Shown here in pieces: positions 23,672 to 36,290 of a stretch of 46,778 nt of DNA (position 1 is its first letter; the number at the start of each line of letters is the position of its first letter). Source of the DNA: Xylographa opegraphella (lineage: Eukaryota); the NCBI GenBank assembly GCA_022813865.1, contig JALDZX010000095.1:1-46778 (forward strand). Direction: 5' to 3'. Below the pieces are notes generated by a model, which searched no databases, was not told the DNA's origin, and saw only the letters and a program-made list of their open reading frames with translations. Both the position numbers and the translations under genes were made by a program.

Positions 23672-24022
23672 GCAAAACCAGACGGTCACTGTTTGGCCAC
23701 GATCGACAGGTCCTTCACGAATTTGTCATTCAATCCCTTGATATCCCCGGCTACTTGTCGTCTTGTTTCTTCTGATAGGCTTTTATAATATGGAGGTCTT
23801 GCCTCTCGGATTAGGTGGGGTCCAGATGCAGAAAAGAGTTTGCCTGTAGCGGTCCCTGCGACTACCTTGTTTATCTGGTCTCCTTACGATGTCTTAGGCG
23901 AGTCTCCGGTATCTATTCTGCATGTATTAATTGTCCCAAAAAATTCCTGTACATCTGAGGTGTTACACTAGCGTGGTAGAATTCCCTTCCATCGATTTAT
24001 TGGTCAACAGTGCGAATCTGAA

Positions 24023-24049
24023 CATGCTTAAGCATGGCTTAAGCATGGC
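24023..24049. repeat. 14-bp palindrome overlapping an 11-bp tandem duplication
   Basis: CATGCTTAAGCATG (24023-24036) is a perfect palindrome; GCTTAAGCATG occurs twice in tandem. Confidence 0.7.
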
Positions 24050-24447
24050 AAGATCTATCTATCGATGCGACCACCTTAGTGGATAGATACGGAGGTCAAT
24101 GCCGAATGTGATCACTTGACTAAACGATAGATCGATCTTGTAGGATGGGATTGGTAGCCTTTAGTCATTATCTGGGTAGCATTTTCGTAGCTTCACACTC
24201 GTTTCACCCTTGTTTGTTTGCGCACTGCGTCATCCGTGGCCTCAGCCCACCCGGTTTTCCTTGGCTGCCGCACACCTCAACTGTCTCGGTCACTGTTTAG
24301 AATGCAGATTTCTTCCAATTGAATCTGTCTATCCTCTTAAACGTTCCTGCTTGGTAGTTCCAGTCCTCCAGATCAGGTCTCCTATAGTGCTCTTCTAGAC
24401 GTGCAATACTTTCATAAGGGAAGGATTCCTACGCCATCCAAGCCGCA

Positions 24448-25421
24448 ATGGCACCTCCACCTCCAGCTTCCATGCCTCTTTCCCAGCGCTTGATGCACCT
24501 CGCTCAGACTTTGCAGTAAGTTTTGCTTTCTTCACTTTTGATCCGACCGCAGCTGAGTTGCCTAGATTTGGCTGGTTTGTGGGACACCTGACTCTCATCT
24601 TATGTACTATCCGTTACGGACTATCCTACATCACCCTCAACTACTACTCAGCGTGGGCAAAATTTTCCTACCGTACCGCATTTGTTGCTGCGGCGGCCAC
24701 GTACGGAATTGTAGTCTACAAAGCTTTCCGTGCAAGGGCGCGCGCCAATGCTCGCCAGCAAGGTAGCCCAATAGCTCTGGCAGGCGACGAGAATGTGCAG
24801 TACCTTGGTACGTGATGCCCAAGATTTGTCGCCGGGGCTCATCTCAAACTGACTTTGTCACGTCTAGTCATGGCTTTAGTTTGGCTATTCTCTCGCCAGG
24901 TTCCGCTAGCTTTACTGCCTTTTACTGTGTACTCGATATTCCATGTGGCTACCTATACTCGCGCTAACCTTCTTCCTACCATTACTCCGCCTCAGCAGTC
25001 CGCTGCGACTGGTGCCTCTCCTGGAGCACGGCCGACTACCAAGTCTTCTCCCCTCGGCGACTCTATTGGAAGGTTCGTGAAGGAGTATTACGATGTTTCT
25101 ATGACCGTTGTCGCAGGCCTTGAAATTTTTCTATGGGTCCGAATCCTTTTCTCCGCTATTACCTTCACCAAGGGTAGTTGGATTCTCTTGTTAGTGTACA
25201 CTGTGTTCTTCCGAGCTAGATACAGTCAAAGCAGCTTTGTGCAAGGCGCCATTGGTGATTTCACTTCAAGAGCCGATGCTGTTGTTGCGAACCAAAGCAT
25301 TCCGCCGGTGATAAAACAAGCTTGGCAAACGATCAAGGGAATCGTGAGGAAGGCAGCCGACGCGACCGATATCAATCGTTATGTCGGAGGGCAACAACCT
25401 GGTATGAAGAAGGCCCAATAG
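24448..25421 (+). CDS. POM33: Transmembrane nucleoporin Pom33/Tts1 (TMEM33 family)
   Basis: MAPPPP...RLMHLAQTLQ|FGWFVGHLTL...YRTAFVAAAATYGIVVYK...DENVQYL|VMALVWLF...LLPFTVYSIFHVATYTRANLLP...FFRARYSQSSF; 2 introns. Confidence 0.9.
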
Positions 25422-26046
25422 GTTCACAGTGAAGGTCTCTTTTACACACACCACACCGAACACACCATGTCGGTTGCGATGGAGACAAAGCATGCCGAGA
25501 CAAGTGATGGTACGGTTCCGGATGGCTGGATAGGTCGTTGTCTTGCAGTGAGAAGAAAAGCAAGGAAGCGTGGGCGGGTGCTTCTAGACCACTGAGATTT
25601 GCCTTCTAGTGGTCTTTGCGGGCATGCGAACGTATATCCACTTGTACTTAATAGCTATTCTATTCATCCGGCTAGCTTAAAAAGGCTGATTTACCAGTTC
25701 AGTGACTTACCTATGATTGCCATAGTACCACTAGCGCAAGTAAGATATACAAGTCTTTCGGTTATCTTAGGTAGGTATATGTGACGTACCTAGTAGCTCG
25801 GGCTTTGATGAACAGTACCTTAGGTTTCTGATTCGTCGTCTTTCAAACGGCCTCTCAACATAATCGTCATATTTTTTAGCTGTTGGAAACTGCCCCATTT
25901 TGACGACATAATTCTACATATTATTGAAGTATAGATGCTCCTGATATAAGTTCTGTGATGCTTTAGGCGCAATGCCTTTTCGAAGTGCAATGAGCGAGAA
26001 GCAAACACTCTATTAAGAGGTCGAGATCGCCTTCCATTGCTTAACG

Positions 26047-28843
26047 ATGTCTTCTCCTAATCCTCCACCGCCTACTGATCCTAGGAGAGCCTCTCAAGCA
26101 CCCTCTCGGGCATCATCGACGTACCAAGATGCTGGTGGCCATGCACCATTAACGCCAAGTCGACTTTGGCAATCACACGGACCTGGCGGCTCGCCGGAAG
26201 ACCATGCCTCCATCCAATCCCAAGACTATAGCGAGAGCTCGACCGATGGACCGGGTTATTCTCCTCGAACAAATCCTGTCAGCTTTGAGGAAGACGGCAT
26301 TCACCCATTGCTGCCAAGTCGTGCTCTCCCTGTCAAAAATTTGCCAGATGCAGCAGTCGAAGGTGCGCTAGAAGAACCTCCAAGTGAAGAAGCGAACGAG
26401 AACACTCGGCTACTTGAATCGTACAATAGAGGTCCTGGGTGTGGAAATGATCCTTGTACTCATGGCACCTTTTCACCACGTCCAGCCTCTCTCAGAAGGC
26501 CGGCAAGTGTTGACCCTCAATACAAATTCGGTGAACGACATGATAGAAGTACGGCCCAAACCCATGAGAGGGGTGGCACAAGCATTTCGCGCAGTTATTC
26601 ATACAACGGACTGCTCTCGGTGGATGGGTTGCTTGGACGGGGGAATACTACTAAGAAAATGAGTACAACACAAATCCTGGCGAAAAGAGCTGGAGTCAAA
26701 AACACAAGGATGATGTACGTAGCTCTCATGACTTATATGGTTGTTGCACCTTTCATGCAAGACATCGCCCTACATTGAGCATCGCTGACGGCCCGGTGTA
26801 ATCATAGGTACTTGTCTTACTATGTACCTATCACGAACTGGGCATCTCAATATAAGTGGTCTTACTTGAAAGGTGACTTGATTGCAGCTCTTACGATGGC
26901 CTCTTTCTATATTCCGATGGCCCTTTCCTACGCTTCGAACTTGGGTCATATTCCTCCCATTAACGGTTTATATTCTTTTGTGTTCAATCCTTTGATTTAT
27001 GCATTTCTTGGCACATGTCCACAAATGGTTGTGGGACCAGAGGCGGCTGGCTCACTTCTTGTCGGCTCCGTGGTCCGTACAAGCGTTGATATTGGACACT
27101 CTGGAGACGAAGACGCCGAGATGCATGCACGAATTGCTGGGGTTGTCACAGGAATGGCGGGAGCCGTCATCTTCATTGCAGGGTTGACGAGACTGGGCTT
27201 CTTAGATAGTGTCTTGTCAAGGCCATTTTTGCGCGGATTCATCAGTGCTATTGGCTTTGTCATCTTGGTTGATCAATTGATCCCTGAAATGGGTTTGAGC
27301 GAAGAGGCGAAACGTGTCGGTGGGGTTAGTCATGGCAGCAGTGTCGATAAGATAGTGTTTTTAGTCGAACACGTCGGCTCCGCGCATGGATTGACGACAG
27401 CGGTGTCGTTCACGAGCTTTGCCATTATTATGCTCTGTAGGTATGTGGATCAAAGGAACCTTTCTCGTGATCTTACGGACAATGGAGTGTCTACAGATCC
27501 GAGGGCAGAGGATGCTGACGTTATGAGTTTTGCAGGTCATTGAAGCGGAGACTACAACCTCGGTTCCCTTCTGTAGCATATGTACCTGATCGTTTCATCG
27601 TCGTTGCTCTCTCGGCAGTATTCGCATGGGTCTTTCGCTGGGACAGAAAGGGGCTTGAAATCCTTGGAGACGTCAAGTCCAATACCGGCTCTCCATTCCC
27701 TTTCCATTGGCCATTCGTTCCGTCTTACATGAAACATGTTCGAGAAGCCATGAGTACATCCTTTCTTATAGCATTGCTCGGATTCTTTGAATCTTCGGTA
27801 GCTGCGAAAGCTCTCGGCGGGGGCGAGGAAAGGACAGGGGAAGGTTTGCAGGGCATGACCTTGTCTGCTAACCGTGAGCTCGTTGCCCTCGGAGTCGCCA
27901 ATCTTGTTGGTGGTTGCTTTATGGCTCTTCCAGCATTTGGGGGATACGGAAGGAGCAAAGTAAATGCATCGACAGGTGGACGAACACCCATGAGCAGTAT
28001 ATTTTTGAGCCTAATTACCATTCTATGTGTTCTTTTTCTTCTGCCATATTTCTATTACCTACCAGTGAGATATCCTTCAATGCTAATTGCAAAATATTAC
28101 TGATCTCCAGGCAGAAAGGAGTGCTTAGCGCCATGGTAAGCGTTGTCGCCTATTCGCTTATCGAGGAGTGTCCGCACGATATCAAATTCTTCATCAAGAT
28201 TCGAGGCGTTTCAGAGTTAGCCTTGATGTTCCTCATCTTTGGGGCAACGATCTTTTATTCCTTGCCCCTAGGAGTCGCCCTCGGTATGGGTCTATCTATT
28301 CTCTCACTTATCAGGCACGCGACCAAGCCAAGAATACAAATTCTTGGCAAAGTTCCTGGCACGAGTGTCTTTGAAAATGCGGAGGACAATCCCCGAAGCC
28401 TGGAATTCATCGAGGGTTGCCTTATTGTCAAAATTCCAGAACCTCTTACATTTGCAAACACTGGAGACCTTAAGAACCGGCTGTCTCGGCTGGAAGCCAC
28501 TGGTAGTACTAATGCTCATCCTGCTCTGCCCAGAATACGGCCGGTAGAGCATAATAAGAACATCATCTTTGATGTGCATGGAGTCACAGCGTTAGACGGA
28601 TCAGGCACACAGGTTCTAACAGAGATCGTTGAGGGCTACATCGATAGAGGTGTACGTGTCTTCTTCTGCAGAGTACCTGTTCAGGGAACTCCTATCTACA
28701 CCTTGTTCGAGAAAAGTGGTATTGTGGAGATTTGTGGCGGGCCTGATCATTTTGTTGGTAGTGTAGAAGAAGCACTCAAAATGACGGAGCTGGATAATGC
28801 CGATAATTGGTATACGAATCATCCAAATGAAGAAGAAGCCTAA
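26047..28843 (+). CDS. SulP/SLC26 anion (sulfate-type) transporter with C-terminal STAS domain, YPR003C-like
   Basis: GDLIAALTMASFYIPMALSYA, GTCPQMVVGPEAAGSLL, SANRELVALGVANLVGG, PAFGGYGRSKVN and STAS motifs IVKIPEPLTFANTGDLKNRL...IIFDVHGVTALDGSG; 3 introns. Confidence 0.93.
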
Positions 28844-29339
28844 AACCGCAACAGCAATGTGAGAGGCACACCAGCGGACACACTTTGATCTAGCGGCATA
28901 TGATATTGGAGTAGATCCCGAAGCCGGTGGATCATTGGTCGCAGGGCGTTGCATGGGTAGTGTGGTATGTGATCATATTCTTCATATGTTCTTACTATGT
29001 TTCGAAACGAGATACTGAACCACTGTTTCGTCTTAAAGTCAGCTCTGTCGTGAGCGATAGACTTCGATGTTCTCCAGCAATTTCCGCTTCGGTGAGTAAC
29101 GATGCTTGACTCAATGGTGTTACGGAAATCAAATGCTCAGCTCCATTGGCCCAAACATGTCTGCACACTCAGGGACTACATTATCGCCTTGCTCCCACCG
29201 TGAGAGGCGCTTAAAGCCCTGCCAAGAATACGCCTAGCTCCGTTTCGTTCCACGACAAAATGCCTGCCAACAGTTCTCCAGCTTTGTCCATAATCTCAAA
29301 TCTCCCTATGCCCAACACTCAAAACATATTTCACTAATA

Positions 29340-29528
29340 ATGGGCTCCAATGTTATAGTCATCCTCATTCTGTGCATGATCCCTGTTTCCGCATTTTTGC
29401 TCTGGCTTACCTTTAGACGTCTTTGTCGGTGGGAGCTACTTCGCAGTGTCGAGGCAGTACAGCTTGAACAGAGGGGACAAGCTGCTACCGCCGAAGCCGC
29501 CGCAACCGCTGCAGCCGCTGCAGCCTAA
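29340..29528 (+). CDS. Possible 62-aa single-pass membrane microprotein
   Basis: ATG, a strongly hydrophobic stretch (VIVILILCMIPVSAFLLWLTF), basic RRLCR, then an Ala-rich tail. Confidence 0.35.
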   Translation: MGSNVIVILILCMIPVSAFLLWLTFRRLCRWELLRSVEAVQLEQRGQAATAEAAATAAAAAA

Positions 29529-29725
29529 TCACCATATCTTAATAGGCTACGGCGTACAGAACCTAAGTACGAATCGACTTTCAACCCTAACCAAGATTTT
29601 ATGCGAGCCGCTAGACAAGCGCTGGAGACTTTGCATCTCAACATCGTGTCTTCCAGCTGAGGCTATACGTCGCTTCGCTAACTCATCATCCTGTCTCTCA
29701 TAAACATCCCGCCCCGCTCAACGTT

Positions 29726-31510
29726 ATGCTACCCCTAACGTATTTACTTCTTGCCCTGCTACCTGTGTTTCTGCTATCAAGACGCACTCATGCTTCAAGT
29801 GCAGAAATACTACAATCACTTGACGACGTCCCTGTGCTTCATCTTACTATCTCGCGTCGTGGTGGTCGTTTCGAGAGTTTTGCATCCGGAGAAGAAGTCG
29901 CGAACTTAACACATCTCGCAGAGGAGCTTAAGAAGGTAGAAGAGCGATTTAACCTCACGAGGAGAGAAGTCAAAGGCAATAAACTCGTCCGAAAACCGAA
30001 AGTGAGAGGTGTTGGAGGGAACGAGGTTGGAGTGTTAATGGGAGAGGTCGCTGGTGCTGGAAAATGGTAATGTTGGATCTAAGCTCTAACCATGAGACTT
30101 CATTTGCACACAAGTACACTGACAAGTATATATGATATCAGGTATGCGAACATTACGATGGGCGAGCCACCACAAGCTATCGAAGTCGATTTGGACATGT
30201 TGACCTCAGATTTCTTCGTGTTGACAACGACGAGTAGGATAGGAAGCAAGTACGACGACTATTTCTCGAAGACAAATCGTATGTTCATTCAGTTCGAGGG
30301 TTTCGAGCTTCATTTTGATAAGATCACTCACAGAACACTCCATCAATCATCCATTTCCACGTTGCTCACTTCCAACTGATACGTTCCACTTCCCAACGCT
30401 CCGCACCTCGGCTCCCATCACGTTTGCCCATTGCCGTCCGTCCAAGTCATCATCTGCGACTTTGGGAGCCTCGGGCAGTGTGTTAGGTCTCGCTCCATCC
30501 TTGCATCTGAGCCAGATTGATTCGCCGACACTGCTGAGCCAACTGCTCGACAAGAACATCATTCATCGACCAATATTCTCGATCTTGCTCATCAATGGTG
30601 AAGAAGGCGTCCTAAGCATCGGCGGCACCTCGGCTCGAGCTGTAGATATGGTAATCCAGCAAACGAAGGACGAACTCGACCGACTCGCACCTCCAGACAA
30701 TGCACTCAAGACAACCGACAGACCGCTGTCAGGAAGGTCATCACACCCACTGGCTGCACCCATACAAGGGCAGGAGTCAGCTTGGCAAGAGGGTTGGCGA
30801 TGGAGCAAAGTGCAAGGAGCTGAAGGCTGGTGGCAGATCTTGCTGCAAGGCGTCTGGGTCGATGGGAGCAAAGTGCTCAAGAATCAGCCTGCTGTCATCG
30901 ATGTAAGACATACTCCATATTACACGTTGCCTCAGACCTTGTCTCTAGTTTGTTACTAATCGAGCCTTGTTGCAGGTCAATACACCGTTCATCCTTGCTC
31001 CGCCACTAGCGGCCAAAGCCTTCTACGCTTCGGTGTCAGGTGCCCTCCAGCTTCCCGTGCCTCACGACAATTTCTACATCTTCCCATGCCTCAATCCTCC
31101 ACTCGCAGACTTCGAGTTTGACAACTGGAGATTTCCAGCAATGCAGGGCGGCAAAGGTGCGGACTGGTTCGGAATGCCTGGCGGTCGCTTCAGTCTGGGT
31201 CGGTACCAGGAGGGTAGCGGATACTGCGTCGGAGCGGTTGTACAGACGGCCATGGGTGTAAAGCTCGGGGGGCTGAACGGGGAAGAGGGCAAGAACGTGC
31301 GAGGGGCGGGTGAGCTGGCGGGTAATGGAATGCGAGATGTCTGGGTGATCGGAGAAGGATTCTTCCGGGGTGTAGGGGGAGTATTCGACGTGAGTTCCTC
31401 CTGCCTTCAGCTCCATCCTGTCCGTAGAGTGCGGGATATTGTCGCCTTGGGTCCACCGACTTACAGTGTCACAGTTCCAGGAGCGGAGACTTGGCTTTCG
31501 CACCTACTGA
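29726..31510 (+). CDS. Secreted pepsin-like (peptidase family A1) protein with degenerate catalytic motifs
   Basis: Signal peptide, WYANITMGEPPQAIEVDLDMLTSDFFV, GSVLGLAP, PIFSILL...GVLSIGG, GWWQILL, AVID|VNTPFILAP, WVIGEGFFRGVGGVFD|FQERRLGFRTY*; 4 introns. Confidence 0.88.
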
Positions 31511-32044
31511 GGGGTTGAGAGTGGCTACTGAGCCTTTGTGACAGGAAGAGAGCAAGTCGTCCGAATAGAGAGCAGCAACGGACTGGACGGGGCGTCGTTA
31601 CAGGATGAGGTGGAATCTTTTGAAATGGTTGTTGAAGTGTTGTGCTATTCGGCTGCTGGCCCTTGTGCCTCCATTTAGCTTGTAATCCATGCGTATTGGG
31701 ATGAGTCTGTCCTTTAGCTAGGATGCCAACTTCGATTCGGTGTCCTGGTAGGAGATCCATTCACTGCATCCACCATTATTGTCCGGTTCGACCGTCGTAG
31801 ATCCAGCACCCTTCAGACACAGCATACCTGAGGTACGGTGTGATGAGACTTTGGTGCCGGATCAAGCCACGGTACCAGGATATATGTTTTCACCGCGCCA
31901 CCGTTTCGGCGATCTCGTGGCTGATATGTCATCCGACTGTGCAACCTAAGGGACCTACAAAGTATCTTACCTGCAGTCCCACGCAATGAACGGTGCACTT
32001 CCCCTTCCCGTACCTAAGGTAGGTGACTGAACCACGCTGTGGGG

Positions 32045-32630
32045 CCGCGGACCACCACTTATCTACCGAAGCTTTCTTACGGTGTACCTATTACCTCAAG
32101 GTCTCGTTCCAGATTGCGGGGCGGTAGATCTGGTCTTCCGTGGCCCTCGGATTCCCCGACCCACCCAGTCCAAGCGAACTTTGTGCCCTCGTCTCCGTTG
32201 GAACTGTTTTCCGTCATTCTCGTTTTGCTCCCTCTTCTTCTCATTGGACCATCTCTCCCTGCTCGTACTAAGTACTTGTTATCTCTCAGGCCTCGCTCGC
32301 CCCCAGTTCTGTTGCCTCCCTTATCATACCCCAGATTTGTGGCACCCGCGGTGACGGCTATGCATAACGTCAGTGCAGGCCTTCCGCGGATCTGGCCTTA
32401 GTTCCTGATGCGCTCGTCGACATTGGCAATTCGGAGCGATCTGACATGCGTGTGCAAGCATGCTGGTCGTGCTACCCAGGCCCCAGGATTTCTCCTCTGG
32501 GCTGCCATCCTTGTGCTGTCCCATGTGAACCATCCCGGATAGCAATATCTCCATGCTACATGTAGCAAGTTTGGCTGTGTGACTTGACTGTTCGGCCCTG
32601 CTCTCACCTCGTCGCTTCTCACTTCTATCA
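32045..32630. promoter_or_regulatory. niaD upstream region with GATA (AreA/NIT2) and NirA/NIT4-type sites
   Basis: TCCGCGGA at 32383-32390, CCGCGGAC at 32045 and TTCCGTGG at 32136. HGATAR sites on the minus strand at 32059, 32279, 32321 and 32625. Confidence 0.6.
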
Positions 32631-32660
32631 TTCACTGCTCGCCAGAAGTTGCCCGACGTT

Positions 32661-35494
32661 ATGGAAGACCCAACCACGCAAGACAACCATTCCCAAAGAA
32701 TATGGGAGAAGCATGAACATCTTCCACATACACGCCCGGAAGAACTGCCTCCTTCGCCGCCAGAGACCGCAGACAATGTGTCGGATCGCGACTCGTCGGT
32801 CGAAAACGACATTCCCCTTCCACCTCCGAGTTATGAACCGACGGAAGTCCTTGCAGTCGACAGAAATACCCCAGACTTTCATGTTCCTCGAGATCCGCGG
32901 TTGATACGGTTGACTGGCGTCCATCCCTTCAATGTCGAAGCACCGCTCACGACTTTGTTCGACCAAGGTTTCCTAACCCCTCCAGAGCTTTTCTACGTCC
33001 GGAACCATGGGCCCGTCCCTCAAGTTCACGAAGACGATATCCCAAACTGGGAGTTCAGCGTTGAAGGGTGCGTGCAATGATTGGAAGGATTGCTTTCTAC
33101 GTCCTTCGGCTCTAACAGACGATCTGCAGGCTCATAGACAATCCTATAACTCTCACTCTACGTCAACTCATTGGCGAGTATCAACAGATAACATGCCCCG
33201 TCACTCTCGTTTGCGCGGGCAATCGGCGAAAGGAGCAAAATCAAGTGCGCAAAAGTAAAGGGTTCTCTTGGGGAGCGGCGGGGGTATCCACAGCTCTCTT
33301 TACCGGCGCTCTGATGTCAGATGTCATCAAGAAAGCACGACCAAGAAGGGGCGCAAGATTCGTCTGTATGGAAGGTGGAGATGAACTTGTGTGTAGTCGT
33401 CGCGCCAGAGTTAATCACCAAGAAGGGAATTGTGCTAACACCTACTATAGCCAAATGGCCGTTATGCAACATCTATCAAGCTGAATTGGGTGATGGATCC
33501 TAATCGAGGCGTGATGTTGGCGCATAAAATGAATGGTGAAGTTTTGAGACCAGATCATGGCAAGCCGTTGCGCGCAGTAATCCCGGGACAGATTGGAGCC
33601 CGAAGTGTGAAATGGTTGAAGAAACTCATAGTCACAGAAGGTCCCAGCGACAATTGGTACCATATATACGATAATCGGGTCTTGCCAACAATGATAAGTC
33701 CTGAAGAGTCTGCCAACAATCCCAAGTGGTGGGTTGACGAGAGATATGCGATCTATGACCTCAGTCCTAACTCTGCAGTGGTATATCCAGCTCACGAGGA
33801 ACAAGTGTGTCTTGTAAATGGGCCGGAGAAATATCGAGCCAAAGGCTATGCATATGCTGGAGGTGGCAGGCGGATCACTAGAGTTGAGATATCCCTAGAT
33901 CAAGGCCGAACCTGGCGTCTGGCGGATATTGATTATCCCGAAGACCGGTACCGTGATGTTGAGAAGAATCTTTTCGGAGGGCGTCTGGATATGCAATGGA
34001 GAGAAACTTGTTTTGCTTGGTGTTTTTGGTCGTTTGATGTACCCGTCTCGGAACTTGAGGGAGCGAAAGATCTGCTCGTCCGAGCTATGGATGAGGCCAT
34101 GAATATTCAACCTCGCGATATGTATTGGAGTGTTTTGGGTATGATGAATAATCCTTGGTTTCGGGTGGTGATCAGTAAAGAAGCAGATTTCTTGAGATTC
34201 GAGCACCCTACCCAGCCGGCGCTTATGCCCGGAGGGTGGATGGAAAGAGTGAAAAGGGCTGGTGGAAACCTGGCCAACGGATATTGGGGGGAAAAGATAG
34301 GAGGTGAGGAGTCAGAGGAGGCGGTGACAGTAGAGGCCAAGGAAGTACCCATGAGGAAGGAAGGTGTGGATAGGATCATCACCATCGATGAGCTCAGGAA
34401 ACATGATGGTGATAAAGATCCTTGGTTTGTGGTTAACGGAGAGGTTTACGACGGCTCTACGTTCCTGAAGGAACATCCCGGTGGTGCCCAAAGTATCATC
34501 AGTGCGGCAGGCTTGGACAGCAGCGACGAGTTCATGGCTATTCGTATGCTTTGCCATGCGCTCCTTTTTCGATTGTTATTGAACTAACAATTTTGCAGAC
34601 TCTGAGACCGCCAAAGGGATGATGCCTGGCTACCACATTGGAACTCTCGATGAAGCGTCGAAGGTAGTCTTGAGTGAGGGCAATGTTTCCGATGAGAAGT
34701 CGAACGAGAAAAGGGCCACATTCCTTCGGAGCAAGTCGTGGACAAATGCGGTTCTATGTGGAAAGCGGATCGTTTCTTGGGACACCCGTGTATTCACTTT
34801 TCAATTGGAGCACGCAGAGCAAAGTCTGGGTCTTCCCGTCGGTCAGCACCTGATGATCCGGCTTCGTGACCCAGTTACCAAAGAAGCCATCATTCGATCT
34901 TATACGCCAATATCTAATACAACGCAGAAGGGATTCTTGGACGTCCTAGTGAAAGTCTACTTCGCTACAAATTCTACCAAGGGTGGCAAGATGAGCACTG
35001 CCATGGATGCATTACCTATTGGTCATGGGGTCGACTTCAAAGGCCCAATCGGCAAGTTTGAATATCTGGGTCGCGGAGGTTGCAAAATCAATGCAAGGAA
35101 GACGACCGTGAAGCGTTTTGTCATGATCTGCGGTGGCAGTGGAGTCACACCCATATTCCAGGTGTTCCGAGCGATCATGCAAGACAAAGACGACCGCACC
35201 CGATGCATTGTTTTGAACGGCAATCGATTGGTGGAAGATATCTTGTGTAAAGAGGACTTGGATGCGCTGGTGGAGGAAGGCGGGGACCGAGGGAAGGTGA
35301 TATACACGCTCACGAAAGCGCCAGATGAGTGGAAGGGCTTGAGAGGCAGAATCAACGGCGCGTTAGTACAGCACCACTGCGAACGGGACGAAGAGACGCT
35401 TGTGCTTATATGTGGGCCGGAAGCATTGGAAAAGAGTGTACACGTTGCGCTGCTCGAGCAGGGCTGGAAAGACGAACAGCTCGTGTTCTTCTAA
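32661..35494 (+). CDS. niaD: Assimilatory NAD(P)H nitrate reductase
   Basis: Moco domain (RLTGVHPFNVEAP, LFYVRNHGPVP, TLVCAGNRRKEQN, GFSWGAAG, DHGKPLR, GMMNNPWFRV), cytochrome b5 (FLKEHPGGAQSI) and FAD/NADH domain (LGLPVGQH, IRSYTPIS, GGSGVTP, LICGP); 3 introns. Start codon tentative. Confidence 0.97.
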
Positions 35495-35614
35495 AGATTG
35501 GGCAATTCAAGGGGCGTTTCGGGTGATGTGCACTCTTGCTGTGGAATGAATCAAGCAGCGGGAGCATGGCGAACGAAGTCATGTCATTCGGGAATCAGCA
35601 TCAGGGGTGGAGCA

Positions 35615-36210
35615 CCGCGGATTGCCTTCTAGTGCATCGAGCTCCTCAAAGCATATCTCATTTTTTAAGTATAGTGTGGTGCAGCATAGTTCTGAGCCGA
35701 TTATGGTTGAGGACTGGTATCGTTTCAGCATTGATATCAATACACGGACTCTTAGGATATCCTACGGAGTACCGTGTTTGGAGCGACAAGGGAGTGGCGC
35801 CAGTGCTCTTCGTGCCGGACTTTATCTCCGCTCGGGGCGGACGCTTATCGTTATCAGGGACAACCTCGTAGCCACGGAGAAGGAAAAACAGCCTTAACTT
35901 CATCATCACTCTCTAGCCCTCACCCAGACATCTGCGCGGGGCATCAGTGGCAATGATCTTGCCGATCGGCCTGCTAAGAGTGGAGAAGCAGCTTGGTGGC
36001 TTGCTTCCCTCCACTACCTTTTTAGGGGTCTGCGAGGTCTAGTCTGGATGGTGTATTTCGATGCTCTTAGCAGTGGCCAATTCGTTCTTGAGATCTGTAT
36101 CTACCGGTACTTGCGTAGCTTCAATACATCGTCTTTCTGTGTAATTATGCTGGTGCCGCTTCTCCCTATGTATCCAGTCTTTTCTGCCTGATAAGTCACT
36201 GCTTATCCTG
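35615..36210. promoter_or_regulatory. niiA upstream region with GATA and NirA sites
   Basis: CCACGGAG at 35872-35879 is CTCCGTGG on the minus strand, matching the NirA consensus CTCCGHGG; CCGCGGA at 35615. GATA sites at 35822, 35845, 35851 and 36189. Confidence 0.6.
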
Positions 36211-36290
36211 ATATGCAAGTCTGCAGCCTTGCTCGGTAGGTAAGACGCTATTCGGATTACTCGACTGTTCCTCCATATACTCCATTTGCG

